The notes under the pieces were generated by a model. It saw only the letters and a program-made list of their open reading frames with translations, ran no database searches and was not told the origin of the DNA. Source: Candidatus Paracaedimonas acanthamoebae (GTDB lineage: Bacteria > Pseudomonadota > Alphaproteobacteria > Caedimonadales > Caedimonadaceae). Taken from it: 32,000 nt of DNA. The position numbers and the translations under genes are program-made. Location of the stretch: NCBI GenBank assembly GCA_000743035.1, contig CP008937.1:90001-122000 (forward strand), read 5' to 3'. Position 1 is the stretch's first letter. The number at the start of each line of letters is the position of its first letter. Shown here piece by piece: positions 7,935 through 16,377 of this stretch.

Positions 7935-10466
7935 ATGAACTATTTTAAAGAGAAGAATAAACTTACTTATTTTTTAAAATCATGCTTATGGGTTTTATGC
8001 TGGCTTTCTTTAGTGCCTTGCTTATCCGCAAGTGAATTGTCAGATGAAAGTGTTTCCCTGAAAGTTCACAAAAAATTATTTTATCATTATTTAACTCAGC
8101 TTCCTAAACCTGAACAGCCCCATACCCTTTTTATTATCTACTATCCAGATAATGATTCTCATGCACAGCGTGTTGAAAAGTTAGCTAGGCACTTAAATAA
8201 GCTTGGTATTTTAGAAATTTATTTTGATAAATTTACTCGTAGATCAGGAGGTGAATATACTATATCTCGACATTCTGACTTAGTATTTAAGGCTAATAAG
8301 GTTCTTATTGTCGGCTCCGCAGGACTTAAGGATGTCTACGAGAACCAAAGAGAGTGTGATAGCAATATCATTACAGAAATCGAAAATTTACGGACTCGCA
8401 TCAACAAACAAGGAGTAACAGGTGTTATTCGTCTCATATTTGAAAGAGGCCCTGAAGACATTTTTCCTAATAGCCTACTTAGTATCGGATTTTGCTTATT
8501 AGAAGAGAGGGCTTATTATCCAAGCTTGTTTAGGTTGCTAATTGATATTTATGCCTCACACTCTTTAGAGCAAAACATTAGAGAAAAAGAAGAAGAATTT
8601 GAGCGCGTATGCAAGTATTTACCTCAAAATATTCAACAGTATAAGAAAATATTAACAAAAAAGCAAAAAGAGAGACAGATAGATGCTAATCAATTAGTAC
8701 AACATATCCTCTTATCGCAGCAATCAAATGTAAACTCTTCTTCAATGAGTAACGCTAACACTCATCTTGAACAAGAAAAAGACACACAGGTTAGTGATGG
8801 GGAACTACCAAGAAAGAAAAATAGAAAAAAAATTAATAAAGCTTTTAGACAGGGAAAAATTTTATATTGGGAAATAGAAGAAAATAGTAAAAGGAAAAAA
8901 ACTCCTCAGCCCTGCTTTGAGAAAATAATAATTTGTGGTGTTTTTATTGGATTGTTATTGATCCCTTGCTTATTTATGCCTTGGATGGCTATCTTATGTT
9001 CATTTTTATCTCCAAATAATTCAACCATTTACTCATATAAAAATGGTAACTCTCTTTCTATTTACGAAGCTTCCATTAATTGCCCTATTGTAACACCGAG
9101 TCCTGATTATGGAATGTGCCCTTATGGTACTCCTTTCCTTGCAAATAATAAAAGTTATGAATCAAACCAGGGCGTCTTAAAGAAAATTGAAGATTGTGAG
9201 TGGCACCCCGTGACAAATAAAATACCTGTTTATCACTTGCCACTAGATCAAGAAAAGTATTTCATTGAAAGTACTGAGGAAGCATCGAATAAAAGCTATC
9301 TAACGATTATATGGGAAGAATTCAACAATAAGCCAAGCTCTGGTAGCAGTTTTTGTACAATTGCTGGTATACCGGGGGTAGGTAAATCTTCATTAGCATC
9401 AGAGTATGCTTATAAGGCCCTAGAAAAACAAGCTTATAAAATAATTTATTGGATACCTAGCGAAAATGACGCGGATTTAAGATTGGGGTATAAAAGCTTG
9501 TTAAAAAAGCTTAAAATCCGCCCAGAAAATGATGAAGATCTTATAGAGCATGTAAAAGATCAAATCTATAATAATAATAAGCCAAGCTTGCTAGTTTATG
9601 ACAATGTTCCTAACCCTAACTTTCTGGAAGGTAAAGTCCCTCAGATGGGTGCGCATGTTTTAATTACTACACGGCCTGATGGAGATTGGCGCCACAAGAT
9701 AATTAATCTCGATGGTTTTTGTCCTGAAGAGGCTCTTCATTATTTATCTAATTTAACAAAATTAGAAAGAACCCCGAAACGGGATGAGCAAGCTAATGCT
9801 CTAGCTTTTGATCTTGGCTATCACCCATTAGCTTTATCCTACGCAGGTGCATATATTAAGCATAGGCGTAAAGCAAATTCTAATTATGAATATGCAAGCT
9901 ACCTTAAAGAGTTTCAAGACCAACCTGGGGGACACTTTTCTTCTCATGAAGCACCTAGTACAAAAGGTACGAACGGAAAAAAAATCAACTATGAATATCT
10001 TATTGAAAAAACTTTCAGTATTTCCGGCCAAAATATTACTTCTCTTGAGCATCAACTTATAAACTGCTTTAGCTATCTACATCCTGATTTAATTATTTCA
10101 GATTTATTTTCAGATTATGCAAATAGTCCCCTTGAGTTTGAGAATACAATAGCAAAGCTTGCTTCCCTCTTCTTGATTAAAGTAAATGAGCCCTTTACCT
10201 CCATGCATCGCTTATTGCAATACGTTATTCGTGAAAAGCAAGAAAATTTAGATCTTGAAAGTCTTAAAGGTCTTTTAGAAAACATTTTGTCTCGCTTTGA
10301 AGGTTATCGACAAACAGTTGAGCAGGAACTCCAAAAAGATCTATCTCTTGCCGAGATAAATAACTTGGACACAAGAATTAGAGGTATGCAGGCTAATAGC
10401 ATAATACTATTTAATCATCTCCAAAGGATAGCCAAGAAAAATAATGATAGTAACTTTTTTTCTTAA
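7935..10466 (+). CDS. N-terminal part of a frameshifted giant: signal peptide + SEFIR/TIR-like module + hydrophobic segment + NB-ARC NTPase
   Basis: - Signal-like LKSCLWVLCWLSLVPCLSA|SE.
- Module LFIIYYPDNDSH...IYFDKF...KANKVLIVGSAGLKDVYE...TEIENL at ~8127-8555.
- Basic PRKKNRKKINK, then IIICGVFIGLLLIPCLFMPWMAILCSFL.
- Walker A GIPGVGKSSLA (9366-9398), LLVYDNV, VLITTRP, GYHPLAL, SMHRLLQYV (MHD-like).
- Stop 10464-10466 follows a T7 run directly, and homology to 25157-29623 continues in another frame. Confidence 0.85.
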   Translation: MNYFKEKNKLTYFLKSCLWVLCWLSLVPCLSASELSDESVSLKVHKKLFYHYLTQLPKPEQPHTLFIIYYPDNDSHAQRVEKLARHLNKLGILEIYFDKFTRRSGGEYTISRHSDLVFKANKVLIVGSAGLKDVYENQRECDSNIITEIENLRTRINKQGVTGVIRLIFERGPEDIFPNSLLSIGFCLLEERAYYPSLFRLLIDIYASHSLEQNIREKEEEFERVCKYLPQNIQQYKKILTKKQKERQIDANQLVQHILLSQQSNVNSSSMSNANTHLEQEKDTQVSDGELPRKKNRKKINKAFRQGKILYWEIEENSKRKKTPQPCFEKIIICGVFIGLLLIPCLFMPWMAILCSFLSPNNSTIYSYKNGNSLSIYEASINCPIVTPSPDYGMCPYGTPFLANNKSYESNQGVLKKIEDCEWHPVTNKIPVYHLPLDQEKYFIESTEEASNKSYLTIIWEEFNNKPSSGSSFCTIAGIPGVGKSSLASEYAYKALEKQAYKIIYWIPSENDADLRLGYKSLLKKLKIRPENDEDLIEHVKDQIYNNNKPSLLVYDNVPNPNFLEGKVPQMGAHVLITTRPDGDWRHKIINLDGFCPEEALHYLSNLTKLERTPKRDEQANALAFDLGYHPLALSYAGAYIKHRRKANSNYEYASYLKEFQDQPGGHFSSHEAPSTKGTNGKKINYEYLIEKTFSISGQNITSLEHQLINCFSYLHPDLIISDLFSDYANSPLEFENTIAKLASLFLIKVNEPFTSMHRLLQYVIREKQENLDLESLKGLLENILSRFEGYRQTVEQELQKDLSLAEINNLDTRIRGMQANSIILFNHLQRIAKKNNDSNFFS
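8740..9135 (+). repeat. High-identity tract shared with 25994-26389 (linker + hydrophobic segment of the two giants)
   Basis: The two 396-nt tracts align colinearly without indels and are about nine-tenths identical by eye, including third codon positions. The flanking TIR-like and NB-ARC coding sequences of the same two genes are far more diverged. Confidence 0.8.
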
Positions 10467-10543
10467 ATTTTGAAGACTTAGGGCTTCAATATCTTGTTAA
10501 TACCTCCACATCTATAAAGATAAAAAATCAAATTTATAAACGC

Positions 10544-12268
10544 TTGAGAAAAGAAGACCTAGATGAAGAGGAGGCACAAGAGAGGGAAATTGCCATTAAA
10601 AATGAATTGATAAGGAAAAGTATTATCTTATCTGATGAGACTATTAAAAGCATAGCCAAAGATTTGTTACCTATAGTGTCCTTTGACTTAAATTCAACCC
10701 ATCTGAATTACTTAATAGAAACTATTGAGGAAATAAGCCTTCTGGAGAGGCGACAGTTTATAGACACTCTTGTTGAGTTGCTAAATGATACGTTACATAC
10801 AATTGAGGTCCTTTATGATCTTCCTTATGATCAAGTTAAAGATATAATGGGATTTTTTTCTACTTTGGCCACAACTGAAAGATCTACAATTATAGGTAAA
10901 TTGAAGCAAGTTTCTTCTGAGGATCGTATAGATGTTATAAGGTATCTCCCATCCTTATGGAATAAAGAAATGACGGTAGAGGACAAAGCTAAAATTATAA
11001 AAAGTATCTCTAACATTGCTCGTGAGGAGAGGGCAGGTATTGTGAGTTGTATTTCCTTCTTACCTAATAAAAGTTTAAATGGAAGCAATATAAGTCAGAC
11101 TATAGATTCTTTAGCACGCATTCCTGTCGAACAACGCTTAGACATGATAAAGCTTATCATCCCTTTATGGCATGAGAAAATGGACCAAGAAAAAATAGCT
11201 TCTCTTATAAATTCTTTAACGTATGTTGCTATCGAACAACGCTCAGAAATGGTAAAACATATTACTCCTTTTTGGAATGAAAATATGTATGGATCTGAGG
11301 TATCCGAAATTATACATTCTTTAAATAACACTCCCGTTGAAAAACGCTCAAAAATAATAAATTGCATCCTTCCTTTATGGAATAAAAAGATGGGTGGATT
11401 AAAAGTGGCTTGTAGTATTCTATATTTAGCAATATTTCCTTGTGATGAATATCCTGAAAATATAAAAAGGCACATCAAATCTTCAATTTGTAATAAAGAT
11501 TTTATTGAAAAAATCCAATTTTTAGTTTCTCAAAATATAAGCAGGACACGCATTAAAAGATCAGATGATTCTGGAGAACGTATTATAGAATATGAGTCTT
11601 ATATCCCTATCTCTCTTGTACCAGGTGTGGAAATGGATATGGAGGATGCTTTTGAAAGAGACAAGACTTATCAAGTGCTTGCGACCTTTACTGAACAAGA
11701 ACAAATGCTTGCTCTCTCCTTATGGACTGAAAAGATGAGTTCTAATGAAAAGTACTTAATCATAGATGCATTACGTGATTTTGCACCTCAAGAGCGGCCA
11801 GATATTCTAAGGTCTCTACCATTTTTATGGAATGATAACTTGAATGGACTTGAAAGATCCTACATTATTACGGCCTTAGCTAAAGCTCACCCTGAGAAGC
11901 GGGTAAGTATTGCAAATTATGCTTCATTCTTATTAAATGATAATATGGATGGGTATGAAAGATCCAAAGTTATAGAAATACTTTCCAATATAGATGTTAT
12001 GCAAATAGAAGAGTTAGCCAATATTTTCCAGAAGCATATTAATGACATAGATAAAAATGATTGGTTAAAGGTATTATTTAAGATTAAAGAATTTCCTCCA
12101 GAAGAAAGAATAAAAGTAAGTAAAATATTTATTCTTCTCTGGAGTGCTACGAAAGAAAATAATACCATACAAAATCTGAGTGACCTCTGTAAGAACATTA
12201 CTAAAGCTATTCTAAAGGAAGGAGGTGGGGCTAACCTCTTTCAAATTGTTGGTCAAGCTGGTTATTAA
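10544..12268 (+). CDS. C-terminal part of the same frameshifted gene: helical linker + ~35-residue tandem repeats
   Basis: This frame is open from 10454. From there it is colinear with residues ~870-1488 of ORF 25157-29623 (LGLQYLVNTSTSIKIK..., EIAIKNEL..., LPIVSFDL...). Repeats of the form E(D/Q)R...I..L.PLWN..M.G.E...II.SL run from ~10914 to 12200. The annotated TTG start is an artefact of the frameshift. Confidence 0.8.
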   Translation: MRKEDLDEEEAQEREIAIKNELIRKSIILSDETIKSIAKDLLPIVSFDLNSTHLNYLIETIEEISLLERRQFIDTLVELLNDTLHTIEVLYDLPYDQVKDIMGFFSTLATTERSTIIGKLKQVSSEDRIDVIRYLPSLWNKEMTVEDKAKIIKSISNIAREERAGIVSCISFLPNKSLNGSNISQTIDSLARIPVEQRLDMIKLIIPLWHEKMDQEKIASLINSLTYVAIEQRSEMVKHITPFWNENMYGSEVSEIIHSLNNTPVEKRSKIINCILPLWNKKMGGLKVACSILYLAIFPCDEYPENIKRHIKSSICNKDFIEKIQFLVSQNISRTRIKRSDDSGERIIEYESYIPISLVPGVEMDMEDAFERDKTYQVLATFTEQEQMLALSLWTEKMSSNEKYLIIDALRDFAPQERPDILRSLPFLWNDNLNGLERSYIITALAKAHPEKRVSIANYASFLLNDNMDGYERSKVIEILSNIDVMQIEELANIFQKHINDIDKNDWLKVLFKIKEFPPEERIKVSKIFILLWSATKENNTIQNLSDLCKNITKAILKEGGGANLFQIVGQAGY

Positions 12269-12344
12269 AAGAATCATTATCATTTTTAAGGGATAAAAAA
12301 GGAGCACTACTTATTTTCAAATTAATGCTAAGCTTGGTTTGCTT
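12269..12344 (+). repeat. Conserved 3' flank shared with 29624-29703
   Basis: AAGAATCATTATCATTTTTAAGG...AAGGAGCACTACTTATTTTCAAATTAATGCTAAGCTTGGTTTGCTT follows the stop codon of both giant genes. Similarity stops at 12344 / 29703. Confidence 0.8.
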
Positions 12345-12561
12345 TAGCAGAACTTAAGATTAACATAAGTTCCCTTCAAAATTTTAAAAGGTTAAAGGTT
12401 GAGTGTGAACCTTATCCTTAAATTATAGCTTATTATGTGGATAAAGATCTAAAGAGAAACAATAAATACAGCAAGATGACCAAGCAATGGTTTTTAAAAG
12501 CTTTAGGGCTTGGGTTACTTTAAAAATTTGAGGCAGAGTTAATAAAGCTCAGAGGGAAACC

Positions 12562-13272
12562 ATGAATTATATTCAAAATAAGATCAAGCAACATTATTTG
12601 TTGAAAGCATGCTTAGGGTTCTTATACTTGCTTGCTTTATTGCCTTGCTCTTTTGCAAGCACTCATGGCAACGAAGAAGAAACCCTTTATCATGCGCGTG
12701 AGAGACTATTCTATTATCACTTAGAAAACCTTCCTACCTTTCCTTCTTATCCTAGCCTTTTTATTAGTTACTACCCAGACAATGAGCTTCATAAACAGCA
12801 TGTTCTAGAACTCGCAAATCAATTGTTTATAGCTCATATGCCACAAGATCATATCCATCTTGATGAATGGACTAATAGACCCGGAAGCGAATATACTACT
12901 CATAAACACAGTGATCTCATATTTACGGATGATAAGGTCTTATTGATAGGTTCTCCAGAACTTAAAAGAAATTATGAAAAGTTTACCTCTCAAGAAATTG
13001 AAAACTTAAGAAGCCGGAGGGTAGACAAAGGCCCAGGTGGGCTTATTCTTTTATTGTTTGAGGGCCAAGATGCAGACGTATTTCCACAAGGGCTTAGAGA
13101 ATTTAACCCTCGCTCATTAGCAGAAGATTATTACGCAGGTTTTTTTAATTTATTGATAGACCTTTGTGGCTTAGACCCTCGTGATAATCCTATAAAGCAC
13201 TGTTACAAGAATTTTAAACGCCAATGGAGTAACCCTCCTCAAGAAATAGTTTTCCATATGGGAGGCGCTTAG
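12562..13272 (+). CDS. Signal peptide + SEFIR/TIR-like module (5' part of a frameshifted TIR-like/patatin/LRR gene)
   Basis: Leader MNYIQNKIKQHYLLKACLGFLYLLALLPCSFA|ST is homologous to the leader of 7935. Module LFISYYPDNELH...LDEWTNRPG...DDKVLLIGSPELKRNYE...QEIENL at ~12757-13170. GAGGGA upstream of the ATG. Stop at 13270-13272 lies shortly after a T4 run, and the homologous linker continues in the frame of the next ORF. Confidence 0.8.
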   Translation: MNYIQNKIKQHYLLKACLGFLYLLALLPCSFASTHGNEEETLYHARERLFYYHLENLPTFPSYPSLFISYYPDNELHKQHVLELANQLFIAHMPQDHIHLDEWTNRPGSEYTTHKHSDLIFTDDKVLLIGSPELKRNYEKFTSQEIENLRSRRVDKGPGGLILLLFEGQDADVFPQGLREFNPRSLAEDYYAGFFNLLIDLCGLDPRDNPIKHCYKNFKRQWSNPPQEIVFHMGGA

Positions 13273-13328
13273 AACAAGATCGACAAGAGGAAAATCTCGA
13301 AGATAAAAAAATTTGGGAAAAAGCTCTT

Positions 13329-14999
13329 TTGTACGAAAAAGAAGAAAATCCCTTTCAACAACCTATTTGTACATTAAGCACTGCTGATAACAATAGGAAA
13401 AATAAAAAACAAGTGTTAACTCCTAATTCAAAGGGGAAAGAAAAAGAGGAAGAAGATATAGATGACCGATTAAAAACAATTTTTATTCTATCAATTGATA
13501 GTGGTGGAGCGCGTGTGACTATCCCATTATTAATCCTCGAATATATTGAAGAGCAAGTTAGGAGAAAATTTCACCAAGACATTTCTATTACTGAGTGCCT
13601 TGATCTTATTGCTGGTACATCTTCAAGTTCCATAAGTGTCTTAGGATTAGCGAGCATAAACTCAAAGAGAGAAAATAAAAGGTATACAGCAAGGGAGGTT
13701 AGTGAATTATATAAGGATAGCCTTGAATATTTATATCCTCCCAAAGGATTTCTTCATAGCATATTAAGAATGCATTATAATAGCTATGATAGTTCTAACT
13801 TTGATTTTTTTTTAGAAAAATTTTTTCAAGATAGCTCATCAAAAGATAACTCCTTAAAAGATTTACACACGCCCATATTCATTCCAGCTTATGATTTAGA
13901 TGGCAATAATATTTATTGCTTTGATAGTGAGGAGGCAAAAACCCCCAGTAAAAATTTCCTACTAAAAGACGTAGCATTAGCTGCTAGTGCCGATCCTACT
14001 TACCAAAATCCTGTTGAAATATCTAGTGAGGCAGGAGAAAAGTATCATTTCATATCTGGAATATTTCATGCACAGAACCCCTCATTATTAGCGCTTAAGA
14101 AAGCTAAAGAAATTTATCCAGATGCAAAAAATTTAATTTTAATATCTTTAGGCACTGGTTCCATAGCGCAACCACCTCATCATTATGGCAAGCTAAATAA
14201 AGCAGGTCTTTTACTTTGGTTAACACCTATTATAGACATTATATGGAACTCAAATACTCAATTTCAAGAGTACTTAATTGATCAAGGAGAATCAGTAATC
14301 AAAGGTAAAGATGACTCTATAAAATATATAAGGATTAATCCTGAGCTACCGATTGAGAATAGCAACATTGACAATACAAGCGAGAGTAACATGGATATTT
14401 TAAGGGGTATTGCTCGTAAATGCTTTAACAAGAGTACAGACGAAGGCAAAAAGATAGAAACTATAATTCAATATTTTGTGGATTACTTAAAAGAACAGGG
14501 TTACAAGACAATCTCTGAGAATACGGATTTGCACTCTCTAAGGATTAAACAACTTATCAAAAATGCGATGGGAAATAATAAGCTTGAGCTTATAAATCGT
14601 GAAATTTCTAATAGTGATGTATACTTTATTAATGAAGTAATGAGTGAATTAAAAAATCATTTATCCATTGAGATTTTAGACTTAAGCAATAATAAAATTA
14701 ATGAATTTGGAATCAGAAATATTGCATTTTTAATGCGCCAATATCCTGGCCTTACGAAATTAATATTAAATGATAACCAGATTGGAGATGTGGGAGTAAA
14801 TCTTATAAGTACGTTTTTTATAAAAACTCATCTTACTTATTTAGAGATAGAAAATTGTGGCATAACTGATGCTGGGCTATTTTCAGTAGCAAGCTTCTTA
14901 GAAAAAATGCCTGATTTAGAGTGCATAAATATAAGAAGGAATAAAGTAAGTCCAAAAACAATCTTACTCTTTATCAATAATGAGAAAATCAAGTGGTGA
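13329..14999 (+). CDS. Patatin-like domain with degenerate catalytic motifs + C-terminal RNI-type leucine-rich repeats (3' part of the frameshifted gene)
   Basis: Frame open from 13233. Oxyanion-type SIDSGGARV. Nucleophile elbow reads GTSSS (13614-13628), not GxSxG. ADPTY block. The DGG/DGA Asp box reads SGI (14055-14063). The C-terminus has LDLSNNKINEFGIRNIAFL..., LILNDNQIGDVGVNLIS..., LEIENCGITDAGLFSVASFL... (LRR_RI pattern). The TTG start is an artefact. Confidence 0.8.
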   Translation: MYEKEENPFQQPICTLSTADNNRKNKKQVLTPNSKGKEKEEEDIDDRLKTIFILSIDSGGARVTIPLLILEYIEEQVRRKFHQDISITECLDLIAGTSSSSISVLGLASINSKRENKRYTAREVSELYKDSLEYLYPPKGFLHSILRMHYNSYDSSNFDFFLEKFFQDSSSKDNSLKDLHTPIFIPAYDLDGNNIYCFDSEEAKTPSKNFLLKDVALAASADPTYQNPVEISSEAGEKYHFISGIFHAQNPSLLALKKAKEIYPDAKNLILISLGTGSIAQPPHHYGKLNKAGLLLWLTPIIDIIWNSNTQFQEYLIDQGESVIKGKDDSIKYIRINPELPIENSNIDNTSESNMDILRGIARKCFNKSTDEGKKIETIIQYFVDYLKEQGYKTISENTDLHSLRIKQLIKNAMGNNKLELINREISNSDVYFINEVMSELKNHLSIEILDLSNNKINEFGIRNIAFLMRQYPGLTKLILNDNQIGDVGVNLISTFFIKTHLTYLEIENCGITDAGLFSVASFLEKMPDLECINIRRNKVSPKTILLFINNEKIKW

Positions 15000-15148
15000 T
15001 CATCCAACATTCCTTCGGAACTAAGGCTATATAATTGAGAAAATTATCACTTAAATGAATAGGGGCATTAAACTAAATTTAAGGGAGTATTTAAGCAACT
15101 GTGTCAATTCTGATAATTTTATGATTATATTGAAGAAAGGATTGACAG

Positions 15149-15696
15149 ATGGAAGTAGAGAAGAAAGACACATCATTTAATTTTGAGGATTTCAAAAATC
15201 AAGCGATTTCTGATTTAAAAGCAGGAAAAATGCTTGTTGGTAAGGATGGGATTCTCACGCCTTTAATAAAGGAGTTTTTAGAAGCAGCACTGGAAGGCGA
15301 GATGAACTCTCATATGGCACTTGCCTTGAGGAGCCTGATAATCAGAATCGACGCAACGGCAAGAGTAGCAAGACCATGCAAAGCCCTATGGGATCCTTTG
15401 AGCTTGAGACGCCAAGAGACCGAGAAGGCAGCTTTGATCCCCAGATTGTGAAGAAGCGCCAAACTGTTTTAAATGCCTCTTTAGATAATAAGGTCTTGGA
15501 ACTTTATGGTCTTGGAATGAGTTATCAAGATATTGCCTCTCATTTGAAGGAGATGTACGACTTTGATGTTTCTCCTGCCACCATTAGTGCTGTCACCGAT
15601 AAGCTTATTCCCATTATTGCAGAATGGCGTTCTCGGCCCTTAGAGGCTGTTTATCCCATTATCTTTATGGATGGGATGTACTTTAAAAGGTATTAA
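15149..15696 (+). pseudogene. IS256-family (Mutator-type) transposase, N-terminal fragment, frameshifted and 3'-truncated
   Basis: Two overlapping ORFs (15149-15451, 15376-15696) together read ...GKDGILTPLIKEFLEAALEGEMNSH / NRRNGKSSKTMQSPMGSFELETPRDREGSFDPQIVKKRQ...LELYGLGMSYQDIASHL...AEWRSRPLEAVYPIIFMDGMYFK. This is typical of the first ~190 residues of IS256 transposases. Frameshift near 15310-15325. The sequence breaks off at ~15690, next to the Tn3-type module. Confidence 0.85.
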
Positions 15697-15773
15697 GCCA
15701 GGATCTGTGTAATAATAAGACATAAGCGAGTAAAAATGTCTTAGAATGCCTTATTTTCTGCGGCTTACAGAGG

Positions 15774-16361
15774 TTAGGTCGCTTCTCTTCCACTGTCTTC
15801 ACTTTGCTTAATAGCCCGATAGTAGACAGATCTCGTTATTCCTGCTATTTCGCAGATCTCTTTGACAGAAAATTCATCACTTTTCTTTAGAGATTTTAAG
15901 GTTGCAAGTTTAGTTGGCGTAAGAGCCCTTGGCCTTCCCCCTTTTCTTCCTTTCCTGTGGGCAGCTTCAATGCCAGCTTTGACGCGCTCCCTGATAAGCT
16001 CACGTTCCATTTCAGAAAATGCGGCGCACATACTAAAGAGAACCATCCCTAAAGGTGTTGTTGTATCGATGTGATTTTCAAGCGAGATAAAATTGATTCC
16101 TTTTTCTTTAAAGTCGTTAATCATTTCGATAAGTTTAGTCATACGACGTCCTAATCGGTCAAGACGAACGACACAAATCGTGTCTCCTCTTCTTAGCTTA
16201 TCGAGAAGACGATTTAATTCTTTACGATCGTCTTTAGCGCCTGAGGCCTTTTCCAAAAAAATTTCATCACATCTTGCTTCTTGTAATTTTTGCACTTGGA
16301 TATCAAGACTCTGATCATTTTTTGAAACACGAGCATAGCCAAATTTCATGGTGGTCTTCAT
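15774..16361 (-). CDS. tnpR: Tn3-family serine recombinase (resolvase/invertase)
   Basis: MKFGYARVSKNDQSLDIQ...GDTICVVRLDRLGRR...FSEMERELIRERVKAG...GRKGGRP + C-terminal HTH (VKEICEIAGITRSVYYR). Divergent from a Tn3-type tnpA. The more likely start is the ATG at 16349 (MKFGYARVS). Confidence 0.9.
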   Translation of the reverse strand: MKTTMKFGYARVSKNDQSLDIQVQKLQEARCDEIFLEKASGAKDDRKELNRLLDKLRRGDTICVVRLDRLGRRMTKLIEMINDFKEKGINFISLENHIDTTTPLGMVLFSMCAAFSEMERELIRERVKAGIEAAHRKGRKGGRPRALTPTKLATLKSLKKSDEFSVKEICEIAGITRSVYYRAIKQSEDSGREAT

Positions 16362-16377
16362 TCTGTTTTAAAAAGCA

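Noticed and set aside
7990-8030. Lipoprotein signal (lipobox) in the leaders ...SLVPC... and ...ALLPC....
   Set aside because: Pro at position -1 relative to the Cys does not fit the L-(A/S/T)-(G/A/S)-C lipobox. A signal peptidase I site a few residues later (LSA|S, SFA|S) fits better.
8920-9010. Internal hydrophobic segment IIICGVFIGLLLIPCLFMPWMAILCSFL as a chlamydial Inc-type bilobed hydrophobic domain.
   Set aside because: Inc bilobed domains are usually 40-60 residues (two full helices). This stretch is only about 28 residues, enough for one long helix or a re-entrant loop. The taxon is also unknown, so the Inc analogy cannot be supported from sequence.
10455-10461. Programmed -1 ribosomal frameshifting at the T7 run as the explanation for the split giant gene.
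   Set aside because: In the zero frame the tract reads C-TTT-TTT-T. This is not a canonical X-XXY-YYZ heptamer in register, and I see no obvious downstream stimulatory hairpin. A simple 1-nt homopolymer deficit (mutation, phase variation or sequencing error) is more parsimonious. It is kept only as a minor alternative in the finding.
15716-15743. Hairpin TAAGACAT-N12-ATGTCTTA between the IS256 fragment and the tnpR stop, as a Tn3 terminal inverted repeat or terminator.
   Set aside because: It is an A+T-rich 8-bp stem with a large loop and no flanking T-run on the tnpR strand. There is no GGGG-type Tn3 IR signature and no matching copy elsewhere in the window.
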